A stretch of DNA of 64,000 nucleotides from Chrysomallon squamiferum (taxonomy: Eukaryota; Animalia; Mollusca). Shown here piece after piece: positions 36,708-51,587 of this stretch. A model generated the notes under the pieces. The model saw nothing but the letters and a program-made list of their open reading frames with translations. It did not search any database and was not told the origin of the DNA. Within the stretch, counting starts at the first letter, position 1. Each line of letters starts with the position of its first letter. The stretch lies in contig CM022667.1 of the NCBI GenBank assembly GCA_012295275.1, forward strand, positions 13,144,001 through 13,208,000, read 5' to 3'. A program made the translations under genes and the position numbers.

Positions 36708-39406
36708 CAGGCCAATAACATCTGAATAATTTATTAGTATATAACTAATATTATAACTGACATGGCTGTCATATCATAGATATTTCTGTGTATGATGCAA
36801 TGTTGCATAAGAAACAAAAATAGTACCTTCATAAGACAGTTGTATTATCATTGGTAAAAAGTGGGTCAAATTAAAACAATAAGACCATCACACAAAAGTG
36901 TATGTAATGTGTTTAGGTTTTCAGTTCACAGTACTTAGGTATGCTGTAATTATTATTTTGATAATAATTATTACTATTATCTCTATTGTTTATAGTTGTT
37001 TTTTTCAAATTACTTATTCAAAATTTTAACAGAATCATTCTTTTAATAACAAAGAAAAATGTATTTAAAATGCTGCTCTCTATTTAGGTTATGTCCCAAA
37101 TGATTTAGATTAAATATTATTTTTAAATGTACCTTGCCCAAGATTTGAGACATGTGAGCATGCAGGCAACGGTTTCCGGTGGCAACTGCTGGCTTCGTGA
37201 CTGTTGGTGTTCTTCTTTGCTTTGAGTGTTGATTAGCTGAGGGCACCGGCGTTTGAGAAACGACACACATGCCTGTATGAATGGTTCCTGCAATTACAAA
37301 AAAATAATTTTTCTTAGTGAACAATATTTCATTTTAATGCTGATGATAAAAACAACTGCTTGGAATCCCCCCAAAAATGATGCTTTATTTTTTTTTTTTA
37401 AAGAAATAGATCAAAATGTTAAGATATATGCTTGTGTATGTTCAAGAACATATCAAAGAAAATTGTTGTATATTGTTTCAGATGTTGGCAACATGGTTCT
37501 CTGTTCAGGTATATCCAGGAAGCTTAATGAAATAAAATTTCATTTCTAAATGAACTATCAAATCATAACTATTAATTGCCCCCCCCCCCCAAAAAAAATC
37601 CTTTTTGCATACCTTTAAAATAATGTAGTGTTTAGCAGATTGGATAATAATTTAAACATAATTCAACAAATAACAAAGCTTACTTAAATGATTTAAATAA
37701 AATTAAATCTAAACTGGATTTTTAAAAATCAACAAATCCTTCATTTTTTTCAGTTTCACACTGCTGCATACTCTAAAAAGCCTTTTTTCATGGCTTACAT
37801 ACATTCTGGATAACCTTTAACAATGACTTTGTTAGATTTTTATACAATACCTTGTGTTCTTGGATTTTGTCAGTGAGCCATTTATCAAGTTTCAGATATT
37901 CTCTGCGTGACGCCAAACAGGCCAAATCAATGACAAATGCAAATGGTGTTGCATTGAGGAGCATCGACAGTGCCTGAAAATATTAAGTAAACATTCTATT
38001 AATCACTTGGAAACAGAATTTGTAAGTGGCTGGGAGAAGTTTTCCTTTGTCAAAATTACCTGTGCTGATGAAACAAAAATCCACAACAATTTTAAAAGAA
38101 ATAATAGCAAAATATTTTTAAAACTATAGATCTGATATCTGCAGAAACAGTCTGTTAAATCAGTTTCACATTCATGAACTAACACACCTTTATGTTGTTA
38201 AGAATATACATATGAACATTTATGTTCTTTTATTACAGTTACTATCTTTTATAAAAAGGTGTGAACACACATCTGATATGACTATGTTTATATTCAAATT
38301 AAGAATACCTTCAGATCTTGTGCAACATCCAGTATTCGAGACAGTCTGGTTTGGTCATGTGGTTCTCCTCTCATGTACCATTCGGCCATTGAGTGCATTA
38401 TTAGAGTTCTTATAGTACCAGAGTGACCCTAAAAAATAAAAATAAAATGTTTAAAGTAACAATAGATGCATACAAATGTCAAGTATAAATTAAACATTTA
38501 AAACAATTATGACAATAACACCATCAAAGTGAGATACAGCAAGAAGGAAATAAATAAGAAATCTGATACTTTATTTGTTAAGAAAAAATATTTCTTATAT
38601 TAAAATGCCAAAGCATATTTTAGCACTTCAAAATGCTTTTTTAGTTAATAAATCTTAACCAGTGCACTGACAAAATGTTTTTAATAATAAAATAAGTAAC
38701 AATCAAGTAAGTGCCAATAAAAAAGAAAGTAAATAAACTGATACTTATTTTAATCAGGCTATTTAGGACTTGAGATAATAATAAAGTAATGTAATAAATA
38801 AAAATAAATAATAGAATAAATTGATGATTAACTAACGTACCTGGTGGTGCCAAGCATAATGGAGAACAACAGCTGAGTTGGCATGACTACCAAGAAAAAT
38901 TGGCATCAGTGTTGAGATCAGTTCTTGTTTGAGAGTATTCCATGTTGGCTGAAATTAAAAATATTATGTTAACAAAACTATTACAAACTGTAACTAATTT
39001 TAAACTATTTAATCAATACAACTTTTTAAAATCAAATGTAATAAAATATAAAAGCAATAAAAAAACAAATAATGATAAAATAATTTAAAAATTTAAAAAT
39101 TATAAAAATTCAAATTCTAAAATAAAAAAACTGATAAATTAAAATAAATAAATAAATAAATAAATAACCCACCAAAATATCCTATACAAATATGTATAAT
39201 TGGTATGACAATTACTTTCATGTTGAATATTGAATAGTCAGTTAATGATTTGACTTACTGTTGTCTGTAACAAAGCCAGGACTAGCATGTCGGGACACTT
39301 GTTGATTGGAAACTTAAACAAGTCAGACACAGGTTGGTAGTGACCAGCCTCAGACAGTCGCAGCAAGGTCTCCACAAGATTCAGCGACTTCCTGAAATAG
39401 ATACTG

Positions 39407-39502
<96 letters not shown>

Positions 39503-42500
39503 AACACTTTACTTGTCAACATGTTCATTTAAACATGTTAGTTTTTCAAAATAAACTAAAAATAGTGTTAAAAATCAAATATCATTTTATATCATATTGC
39601 ATAACTACAACAAAACCTTGAAAACTTGAATGAAAATCCAGGGACAATTATCTTAATTTCAACAGCTTTTAAAACTTCTAAATGAAATGTGAATTATGGA
39701 AATACCATGTTGCTACTTCACGGTCATCATCATTAGGTGTGGCTTTCAAAATGTCTATCACAACCGTGTCTCCAGGGTTATCAGCAAAACAAAACACATC
39801 AGGATTGCGCAGGGAATGGACTATGAACGACAACTGAAATACAGTAATATGTAAGTAAAATAAAATTTAGTGTAACATTTTTTTAAATGATCAAAAATGT
39901 TTGTTACTGAATAGCAGTTTACTGAATTTCAACAAAATACTATCACTTGTGCCAAACTATTTCATATTTATAAAAGCTAAAAAGAAATTTCAGCTATTTC
40001 TATCACAAATATGATGCCACAGGCTAACAAGCAGCTCAAATCAGGCTATTAATTCTCTTTTCTTCTGATTCACAAAAACAGAATTTAAAATACAATTCCT
40101 TTTATAATTATCATTTTCTTTTGACTATGTTAAATAATAAACAAAAATTGAAAATTATTCTATAAATTAAAACATTATGATGCCTGGGATTATTTTCTTA
40201 TCTAAAATGTATGTATTTGTTTGTTCACCTGTCCTTCTGTGTTTGACCACTGTTTGTAAATGCACTCTGTGGGGAATATGCCCTGCAGGCCACGGATCAA
40301 GCCTTGAATAAGGAGTTTCAGGCCTTTCTTGTTGCTCACTAAAAACTCAGGATGATCCAGATGTGCTACAACTTCTTTCCAGTTCAGATGTGGAGCCTTC
40401 ATTGAAAACAATGACAAAAACAATAATCTTAATAACAGCAGTATTAATAATGAACAATGCTGTAGAATCTATTTTGCTAACAAATTCAAATTTCATTTAG
40501 CATTTGATGATAATTAGCTGGCAAAAACAAAAAATTATAATCAATTCAAAAAGAAGAAAGAGAAAAAAGAAATGAAAATAATGTCCCTCCCTCTAGTAAT
40601 TTGAAAGTAATAAAATTATGAAATTTTCATTAAAAGATAATCATTTTACAGTAGACACAATTTAGTTGTTGGTGTGGAAGAGTTCACTGTCAAAAATTAT
40701 ATTAATTAAATTTTTATTTTATTTTATTACTTACACAAAATGAATTTTAAATATATATATAATTTTATTATTTTTAAAAAGTACATACCAGATCTTGCAC
40801 CACTTGTACAAAGACATCGACATTCCAGGTATTGACACCTGGTTGGTCTGCCCGGTCTTTGTCTGACCAGCCACTGCCCACTGCCACAGAGGTCTGCAAG
40901 AATCACACAAACTGATCATTAGATGCACATTTACATTACATCAGCCAAATAATCTTAAATCTCATGATTTTTGAAAGGTAAAGATTAATGCAAATGATGT
41001 ATTTTTATCAACTGATATCACATACATACAAATACAGCAAATAAAAAGTAGTTATCAGTATAGTTACAAAAATAATCTAAAAAAAAAAAAAAACCTCGTT
41101 ACATTAGCAAAATATAGTAGGATAGCTGTATAAAAATAATCAGATATATAATCCTCACTCTACATGCAAAATACAAAAAAAAAAAAAAAAAATTAAATAA
41201 TTATAAAATATTGTTTTATCTCTATAAAACTAATTTTATACTGTTTTAAGCTATATCATTTATTGTAAATTGTGTTTGAAATGAATGTTCAGCAACAGTT
41301 CACTTACTGCAGGCTGTGATTCTCCCATTCCAGTTGGCTGTCGAGCCATCATGCCAAGCACCCTGGCAATGGCAGATGGAACCAATTCATGAACACCAAA
41401 CTGCACTAATGTGTTTCTACATTCTTCAACACTAAAAAAAATAATAAATAATAACCCACATTAACTGACTAATAAGAGAAGTTTACTTATGTAACTAGAG
41501 GAAACATCACAGAAATTTGATAAATAACGTATTCTAATATAATGTAACTATTTTACTCCACCAACAAATTAACACCCCCCCCAAAAAAAATAAAAAAAAT
41601 TGAAAAGGAAGGATCTGTTCAAACAGTACAATTCAATCTACATATGCCACATAAAAAAAGGAATCCCTGCTTAATCAAAGGCATGACTAAATTTAAGCAA
41701 TTATGAAACATTTAAGTGGATAAAAAAAAAAAAACTGTTTTCTTACCTGGCAGTGCAACTGTAGCCTTGCTCCAGTATCATATCAGATAGGGATGCTTCC
41801 ATCTGAAAAATAAATACCAAAAAAATAAAATAATAATTATGAAAAAAAGCTTAAAACCGTAAAAATGTGTATGTTATCTATTTAGGTTTTTAGCTCAGTT
41901 ATTGTCATGTCAAAACACATTATTTAATTATTATACTGTTAATGGTTTATGATAACCAATACATAAGCAGTGAGAATCATTCATTACATCTGAAAAATGT
42001 CAAAAATAAAAAATAATACTTATAAAAAAAACTTAAAACCGTAAAAATGTGTATGTAATCTATTTAGGTTTTTAGCTCAGTTATTGTCATGTCAAAACAC
42101 ATTATTTAATTATTATACTGTTAATGATTTATGATAGCCAATACATAAGCAGTGAGAATCATTCATTTTCTGCGTGTTTTCATACATACCATGCTTTTAG
42201 GTATGTTGGATATGTCTGATAGTTTGGCTACAGGTATATCTTCAATTTCTGGGTACAGCAGAGGTGCTAACACTGCTGGAACACGATCACGTGGGAAATC
42301 TGAAAAAATAAAACAACATCAGCCACATAATACATTGGAAGTTTTTATAGCAAGCACAAAAAGCACAAAAATAAAAAACCTTTACAGAATTTAATATATT
42401 CTGTATTCTTTTAAATTATTTTCATGTCAGTATAATATATTTTCAAAGCAATGAAATTTTTTTTAATAATGTATGTATTATTATTATTATTATTTTAAAA

Positions 42501-45500
42501 AAATTTGGCATAAAATATTTTTAACTATTTTAATGCCTAATAACAATCCATAATGAATATTTTGTTAGTTGTTAATGCTGGTTAGTACTATTTATTACAA
42601 TAGCCAAATACCTGGTATCTCTCTCTAATATATACCTTCACAATTTACATAACAGTTTTGTTATGAACCAATTTTGATGCAAACTAGTACATTTTAATGT
42701 ACATAAATATGCACATTCAACATAAATTTAACTACCAATGAAGTATTTAGTTTTTAAAAACTTTACATATCAACAAGCACAGCTATCCTGAAAGTTTTTA
42801 AGAAGTGAAATACTTTTATTATTATTTTTTTTTTTTTTAATCATTTAAAATTAGATTTTGAATTTCTCAGAACCTGACTTGTCAACAAGCATACATACCT
42901 CTCTTAAGAGTTTTTAAGAAAGCTTCTTTTTGTTCTGTTCCGATCCCAAAGTGATCCTTACTCTGAAGAAGATGAGTTAAAAGTAGGTGGAGAACTTCCA
43001 CACAAACGTCTTGGAGACCACCTTCTTGTCTGGTGCTTATATCTGGAATAACATTTTAAATTAATTTTTACACAAGAAATAATATTAATCAAAAACAAAA
43101 ACAAAAATAAATAACTAAAACAACAAAACAACAACAATAAAAAATAACACTTGCTTAGATTCCAAGCCATACATTAAGTATCTTTCTAGGTGGGAAAGGA
43201 ATATTAAAACAGCCCACATGAGTGTCTTTTTTTTTAGAACAAACTTTTGATATAAATGTACTGATTTATTTTTTAAAAATTTAAAAATATATTCACACAC
43301 TAGTATTTTAATAATATTTATTTTAAGGGGCCATGCTAGATGAAACATGACAAAATATGAATAAAAAAATTGTTTTTCTTCTCAGTTTTTGACACGACCA
43401 TTTAGAAAATTTCTCTTTCAAATAAATGTTTCAGGTATTTTTCAAAAGGAAGTGCATATACTTCAAACTTGTATTATTTTAAATAATAATTTGCAAAATA
43501 ATTACTATATAATTTTTCTGGTCATGTATTTATGACTAGAAAACCATTTTAGAAAAGAAAATTTAAAATCTCCAGTTATTAAAAACATACTTGATTAATT
43601 ACTTTTAACAACTGTTAATTTACTGATCACACAAAAATACTACAAACTTGGATTTACAATTATTAAATTTGCAATTTTATTATTCTGATGAATAGTCTTA
43701 CTTTGGTTTGTGTTTTTTAACAAATATTCAAAAATCACACCTGCGTCAACGTATGTCCGCAGCAAATCGGGAAGTTTCTGTTTGATGAACTGAGCAGCGT
43801 AAGTTCGCGTGTCAGCTTTGGATGAATTGAGAAGTGCCAATCCAAAAACAACTTCTTGAACTTTTGTAAGCTTCAACACTTTGCTTAGCTGAGAAAATAA
43901 CTGAGATGAAGATCGTAAACTCTGAAAAAAAAAAAAAATAGGTTAAATTAATACAGTATGCTGTTAGTTTGATACAGGTTTAAACTGATCACAATTAAAT
44001 GCCACAATACATTTTTTATTCATGCAATAAAAAAAATATTTAAAAAATGTTAAGGGAATTGAAATGTTTTAGTAGTTGTAATTTTTTTTAGGGAATTGAA
44101 ATTTTTTAGTAGTTGTAAATGTTTTCCAAGTGAATTAATGATGAGAGCAACTTTTTAATGCTCTGCAAAATTTAATCAAACGAAATTGCCAGAAATTTGT
44201 TATGCAACTGCTCATGCTAACATATTTCAATTGCTCACATCACTGTTCAGTAAGCATATGCAACTTTTTATTCAAGAAATACAAATATAATGAAAATAGA
44301 TGATACTATAATCCACATAATAATAAATATTTGCTTCATATTACCAAGTATATGGTCCCATTGGGGTATAATGCAATATACATAATTATAAACAACAACA
44401 TTTACTTGATGAAGAATGTTTGGTTTTTTTGTGGTTTTTTGCAAAATTATTATTTTCAAAATTTTGTAATTTATTTTCATTAGATTTGCTGCTAACAATT
44501 TTGAAAGTCAGCTGTATATTTTAGTGATGCCTCATTTTTTAAAGAAACATTCCTGGATGTGAGTTAATTTTTTAATTTATTTTTCAGATTTATTATTTAA
44601 AGGGCATTTTGTTTATGAAGTTTCTGAAAATTTACCTTTAATCCAACAAAGATGTACAGCATAAATGAACTATGAATTGTGATTTCTAAACAAATAAACA
44701 ACTTAAAAAGCAGTAATTTATACTGATGCCTGTATGTTCTGTTATGTTTTAGCTAAATTACAATTTTATATACTGGAATTTCAAAACATGTATTTATACC
44801 TTCTGGTGATGTAATGGATTGTCAATGGCGTAGCACAAAGTAGACTCAAAATTGGGTTTGGTAAGAAGGTTACCACACTCCTGTGTTAAAAACTGTGCCT
44901 GCAAATTAAAAACAAAATAAATTTGTGAAATTCCAATATTTGTAATACATCTTACTGCATCTTACTGTCAAAATAAAAACAAAAATGAAAAATTGAAGAA
45001 AGAAGAGAAATATTTACATTTAAATAGTTTTTAATCTGGTGTTTTTCTGTTTTTGTTTTATTGTGGAGTCAAACAGTAAAAATACACAGTATTAATTAAA
45101 AATAAATAGCACTGAAACTACACTGGCTTTTAAGTAGCAAAGAACTGTTTTACATTAAGAGAGTAAAAGTTAATAACCTGATGTAAATCCTTGCCACTGC
45201 TTTTACCATCACCACTGAAGTCAACGTGTGAAAACAAGCAGCGAAACAGATGTCGGTCTGCCTCCGCTCCGTGTTGGTCAACCAGCTGAAACAAAATAAT
45301 ATTTCAATAAAATTAAAAGATGGATGTAAAAATAAAGATGAATCACTTTTGTATATGACTGTGAGTTATTTTGGTATCATTCTAAATAAAGACTATGTGC
45401 TGAAACAATTATTAAAAGTAATACTTTTTCATTTTTGTACAAGTTTTTCAAATAATTAACCAAAATTCTAAATGGTTGTAAAATATAACATTTTTATTAT

Positions 45501-46163
45501 TCTTATTTAAATTTTATGTTCATTGTTTTTTTTTATATACATTAATACAATGTTTTAAATATTCAAAATAGAAAAACAAAACATTAATTTTTTACACTAT
45601 CAATTTATTAAATGAAAGGAAAGGTATTTCTTCTAATTTGTTGTTGGCTGTTTAACTGTAAGTAGATGAGCAAATTATTCTCATCCTTTAAAAACTATTA
45701 AAATGTTTTGTTACAACGATAAACAAATGCTAAAATTTTTGTAATGATCTTAAAAAAAAAATCAACGAAGCAAATTAATTTTTAGTTAAGATAAACTTTT
45801 ATTTCCAGAAAAGCATCCCAAATAACACATATAAGTACATGAACAACAGTTTATTTCTTGTTTTATTTTTTGTTTTAAAAAAGGCCGTTGTAAATTTTAG
45901 TATTTCCAGTCATGAGAAAACTATGATCAAGTTGGAAGTTCATTAACCTATTTACCACCAACATATTTAGATGTGATTAGTAACTAACACTAAAAGCAAC
46001 AAATGATCAATTCATATGTTCTGTAAGGATATGCCGTTGTATTTACTATCTAAATACTTACATGTTTTATTTCTGTAACGCTTGCTTTAAAATTTTTCTT
46101 TGTTAGATTGGCAACTGAATAACTGAGTTCTGCCAGAGCAAATGAAAGCGAGTCCAGATTCAT
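16335..46163 (-). CDS. CNOT1: CCR4-NOT transcription complex subunit 1, complete gene, ~50 coding exons
   Basis: Starts [28 protein letters not shown] (exon 46163-46062). Further exons (+/-3 nt): 45285-45178, 44898-44800, 43921-43741, 43042-42899, 42299-42190, 41802-41747, 41431-41308, 40893-40789, 40396-40229, 39833-39705, 39391-39259, 38948-38841, 38428-38308, 37974-37851, 37287-37133, 36418-36277, 35685-35007, 34776-34633, 34109-33916, 33635-33511, 32973-32864, 32426-32348, 31965-31711, 31378-31238, 30736-30560, 30045-29928, 29502-29392, 28983-28849, 28381-28082, 27657-27517, 26978-26823, 26526-26386, 26048-25943, 25605-25489, 25027-24838, 24669-24512, 24165-23958, 23489-23422, 23017-22783, 22216-21980, 21790-21628, 21165-21048, 20488-20388, 20135-19878, 19626-19558, 19385-19208, 18584-18452, 17941-17807, 16419-16335. 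Recognisable CNOT1 motifs: [76 protein letters not shown]. Ends [27 protein letters not shown]. Confidence 0.97.
35128..35628 (-). repeat. Coding octapeptide repeat (PTG[V/G][T/S]SAF) x21 within CNOT1 exon 18
   Basis: Seen in the translation of the 35685-35007 exon, which is in frame with both flanking CNOT1 exons. Confidence 0.9.
41800..42166. repeat. ~185-bp tandem duplication in CNOT1 intron 6, including the 3' splice site
   Basis: CATCTGAAAAAT...CTTAAAACCGTAAAAATGTGTATG...GAGAATCATTCATT occurs twice (41800-41985 and 41987-42166) with few differences. Confidence 0.9.
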
Positions 46164-46299
46164 ATTACTCCATTAAAATGGAAACGAAAGCTCCAAAACG
46201 CCTTTGAAGCTTTCTCGCGGTTACGATGTAAACAAACGTCTATTAACAAAGTTCTTTTTAAACAAAAACGTGGGTTACTGTGGGCCAACATCAGGAAAG

Positions 46300-46445
46300 T
46301 TCCCGAAATTTACTTCGTCATGAGTGCTCGACATGGCGTCGAAGCAGCCATTTTGGGAACGTTCGGGAATTGTCGTCGTTGATATTCGGTTGTTTCCGTC
46401 AGAATAGTGACCAACGACACAAAAATTAAAAATCACGTGGCCAAA
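46300..46445 (-). promoter_or_regulatory. CpG-rich CNOT1 promoter/5' leader with YY1-like motif and E-box
   Basis: Local CpG enrichment just upstream of the CNOT1 ATG; CAAAATGGCTGC (YY1/TISU-like) at about 46355-46344; CACGTG at about 46434-46439. Confidence 0.55.
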
Positions 46446-46879
46446 CTACTATCAATACATAGTTCATACGCAATATCTATTAATAACTTTATTTTTAAAA
46501 TGACTAGTTCTGACGAAATTATAAATTGTATTTCGCCCATGTGAATATTTCTGCATAATGTTCAATTAATTGGCCTGTTTTCACTAATTCATTTATTAAA
46601 AAATATAATTTAATACATAAATAACCAGGAATAATGCCTTGGCATGTACATCCAAGAACATATTTAACTTATATATTTATAAAAAAAAAAAAAAAAAAAT
46701 AACTTTACAAATACCGTCTAGACAATAATGTATCCAGTTTGTTCCCGCTGTCACTGATGACGTTCTGCAAACCACCCAAGGCTAGCGCTCGTATTATTTT
46801 ATTTATTTTACCGAATGGCTTTTAGTTATAAATAATTTATTAATAGAACATTCTGATTTCTTTATTTTATAATAATAAT

Positions 46880-46925
<46 letters not shown>

Positions 46926-47020
46926 AATAAATAGTCATAATAACAGGATAATAACTGTATCTATTTTGTCTGCCGTTGATTTATTACAGTTAAAATTAAA
47001 TTAGAATTAACGTTAAAAAA

Positions 47021-47090
<70 letters not shown>

Positions 47091-48023
47091 TATGTTTGTG
47101 TGTGTGTGTTAGAAATAATTTAAAATTGTTTTACCTAATTCTTTCTCTCTCTTCTGTTTCTACAGCTGGCTTGGCGGTGGTTATATGGTGGCAGTATTAA
47201 AGTCGATGCGTATTAACTCGCCTTTTCTTATTAAAACTATCATTGATCCCTAATCTGACAGAAACTCGTGCAAAAATGTATTTAACGTTCCACACCATAA
47301 ACTGAAGTAAAATGTATAATTACTTTCTTAGTGTGCTGATGATAACATCTTGGAAATGAGAAATGGCGATAATGAATAACATGTATTTGATTCGTAAATT
47401 TTGTTGAAAAAATAACGTGTCATATATATATGTTTTTTTTTATCCCTGATTTCTTTTCTTTTTTTTCTCATATAATGTAGGTTAGTGACATTCCCCCAAA
47501 TATTAATATATATATATGCGTAATTTGAGAAATTCAGTATCTAATATTGAAATAAATAAATAATTTTATTTCTTAAAAAAACAAAACAAACAACAACACA
47601 AAACCCAAAGAATTTCTTATGTTAGGAAAATTGAAAATGTAATTTTAAAAAAAAAAAAAAAGAAAGAAAAAAAAGGTTATATACTGTTAATAAATGAATT
47701 CGTTTACAGCGAATTATTTTGAATGCTAATTAAAATATTACTTTGTTCATATTTTGTACCAATTATTGTTAAACCATGTAACTTTTTTTTGACATTGTTA
47801 TTTTCTGAGACGTCAGAAACTGCACAGATGCAAACTATTTATTAGCTGGCATTACTTTTTTTTTTATTTTTTTTTATCTAAGATTGATAAACACACACAC
47901 GCACACACACAATCAATGTAGTTATGTTATTAGATTTAAATCGGTGCATTTTCTATCTTCAGATTTTGAATTGAGTCCCACTTGTTTGACTAAATCAAAA
48001 AGCAAGTTGGGTTTCATTAAGTT

Positions 48024-48098
<75 letters not shown>

Positions 48099-49251
48099 AC
48101 TACTACTTCTACTAATACTACTACTAATAATAATAATAGTGATAAAGATGATGATGATGATGATGATGATAAGAAAAAGAAGAAAAAAGGAAGATGGAAA
48201 TTAAAACACAACATGATTAAACATTTGTATTGATATATTTTTATTATCTTCATCTAAACTTGAGGTTTGTTTAATGACAAAACATATACTGTACATTTGA
48301 AGTTTGGCATGTATCATAATTTTACAAAATATCACAATTTCTTTTTTTTATCAGCAACCATCATTATTTCATTATACAAAATGACCATTTTATAATTTTC
48401 TTCTCTGCCCCTTTTCAATATTAACTTCTAAACAGTATAAATTCATGTATATATGATGCATGTATAAAATATATTAAACAAACAAAAATATTTGCACATT
48501 AATTGCATAATAGGAAAAAAAAAAAAAACTGAAGAAAATAATCAAAAGGAAGAAACTATTTTTTTTTTTAACAACACACAACACACATTGAATATATGAC
48601 ATTGAATATATATATTTACACCCTGTTTACTCTTATTTAGCAGCAAAGCATTTTGCATGCATACCTTCCCATGAACAGGAATGAATATACCAGTCTTTGA
48701 TAAAACAGTCTTGGGTAGAAAGAAAAATGTTTTTAAACTTTGTTAACTTTGGTCTTCTTGTGTGTTAGTAACATGATAAACATGTTGTCTTTCTTTTCTT
48801 TTTTTTAATCTTTTCAGAAAAGACGAAAATGGAAGATTTTTAAAAAACCCTTTATAAGATATTTTATTATTATTATTATTTTTTAAGATATTTTTTAAAT
48901 TAGATATAATGCTTGAATAAATTTACATACAGATAATTAGGTTGCTATACCTAATGTACAACTCTTTATGTATGTGTGAAAATGACTATTTAAATAAAAC
49001 ATTCAAAAATATATTATTTAATACTTTTGATTCATTTTATTATTTAAGTCCAGTCAATATTAATATCATTTCAAAACCAACTGTAAATACCAGCCTTCTT
49101 TTGATATGTGTAATTTTCATTTATTATAATTTTGATTTTCTGTCTGAAAATACAACATAAAAATCACAGACAACATTGTAGTAATAGCATTTTCAAAATT
49201 TGTGAAATTGTTAGAATTAATATTTGCAACAATAACAGCAATAATAGTGGA

Positions 49252-49315
<64 letters not shown>

Positions 49316-49613
49316 CAACAACAACAATAATAAAAGTCCTAATAATACATGTACATCACAAATTTTCAAGAATTCTTGGTCTAAAGCATTTCCAGATTAT
49401 AAGTTTTTCATATCAAGAGAAGTTAATTTAACAATACAGATCTAAGCAACTTCATATACACCTTCCACACCTCTAGCACACTATGCTAGTGATGGAAATT
49501 TAAATCAAATGGATATTAAGTAAATTAAATGATTAAATGAAATAGGGCACTTTAATTTCTATCTCATCTGGGAGTATGGATCCACCAATTGTCTGGAAAA
49601 GTGATCAAGTACA

Positions 49614-49646
<33 letters not shown>

Positions 49647-50366
49647 CAATAATAATAATAATAATAAAACAATAACAATAATAATAATACAACAAAAATA
49701 CAAAGAAAAGAAATTATTTTATTTATTATTATTACTTTTGTCATTATCATAATCATGCATTCATTTAATCATTCTATCTTTCATTAACTTTATTTACAAA
49801 AAACAAATAAAACAAAATAAAAACAATATTGAAACACAAAGGCACTCCATGAACACTTGCCTGCAATGTCCAGTAAAAAGTCACTTTAACAGAATAAGAA
49901 AATACTAGATATCACATATATAACTTTACAAAGACACACAATACATATACAAATACTTATACACTGAAGCACATATATACATACACTTACAAATAAAACC
50001 AAAAAATAGAAAACACAAGCTCAGGTTAAAATGAGTTGGATGAATAAATGATCTCAATATCTTTTATAAACATTTAATGGAATATTTTATTTGTCACTGG
50101 CTGTCAACTTTTGCCAATGTAAAACAGTAATAAACTCAATCACCTAATGCATGACAATGGCCAGTTTCATTTCTTAGTTTTTCAGCTCTGATGACCATTT
50201 TCTTCTAGACCATTTTCATTAATTTCGGGCCTTTTTACTGCAAAGAGTTGACACAGAGGGAGGTAACTGGCAGAAGGTTTATAAAAACTATTAGGGGCAT
50301 TTGTTCACATAATCACAAGTGCTACACTTTGAAGGTTTTGTTTTAATTTTTAGCAGTTTTCTTTGA

Positions 50367-51551
50367 TCATGTGTCTCCTTGTTGTTCTGAGTTGAGTGGG
50401 ATGTAGTCTTTGATTTTGTCCACTGATGCTAACACCTGGGACAACAGTCGAAGATTTTCTATACCATTCTGTAGTTGCCTGGAAAAAAATAAAATGAAAT
50501 GAAAAAAAAATTGAAAAAAACCCAACAAAAAGTAATCAAAATAAATAAACAAAACAAAACAAAACTAAACCAATAAACAAATCAAAAAAAAAAAATAAAT
50601 AAATAAAATAAAATAAATAACAAATTAAATAAATAAATAAATAAAATAAAATAAAATAAAATGATATGTGGTATGATATATATAATGTAATGTAATATAT
50701 ATGTAGTATAACATAACATATATCATAATGTAACGTTACATAACATAAAAATTAAAATTAAAATAAAAAAATAAAAAAAAATAAAATGACAAATAATAAT
50801 AAATGTATTTAAATTTTTTACAATAGTCTATGTATGCATGAAAAAGTAACACATAGTAAAAAAATCATTTATAATTAATATTAAAACCTTTGGATTTTAA
50901 GGAGATAGATTATTATTTTTTACCTGAATATGTTTACTGTTATCTATCAGTGATAATTTAAATTTTATATCCAGATTACATGATCAACATTCCTAATAGA
51001 TGTTATTCTAAATTTACATTATTTTAATAATTATAATTCATTTTTATTTCATTTTCAATATTATTAGGGCTCTCTAGGAATATTTTTACCAAATTCTTTG
51101 TTTAAAACCCCCCAAAACTGCTAATAAAAAAAAATATAAAAATAAAAAATAAAAAATAAAAGCAATAAAAATTAGTATCCTCAGCATTTTAACAGATTAA
51201 AATCAAATAATTGTTTACCAATAAATGCATCTACTCTCAGTAACATTCATGCTGTTGTCAACTACATCATATTCTGGACTAATGACAATTTGAATTTTCA
51301 CTTTTGTGGGAATGTTTACTGTTTTAAAAAGTTTAATTTTGAATTCTCACTTGATCTGCTGATCGCCTGTTTTTGCTGCGGCTGCCAGCTGTGCTGAGGC
51401 ATACTTTGTCCTTTCTCGAATTTCAGACAAACCTCGGTCACCCGAAACCAGCAGCTGGTTCTCTTCTTGCAGCGCAGTCACCTGTTGCTGTGGTAGAGAG
51501 ACAAGATTTGTAAGCATCAAGTCTATTAAAATACATAAAGGTAAGATTAGA

Positions 51552-51587
<36 letters not shown>

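Noticed and set aside
46024-46032. ATATCCTT (U12-type donor-like) on the minus strand of CNOT1 intron 1
   Set aside because: The canonical GTAAGT donor at 46061 gives the conserved protein junction; no matching U12 branch point or AC acceptor was identified.
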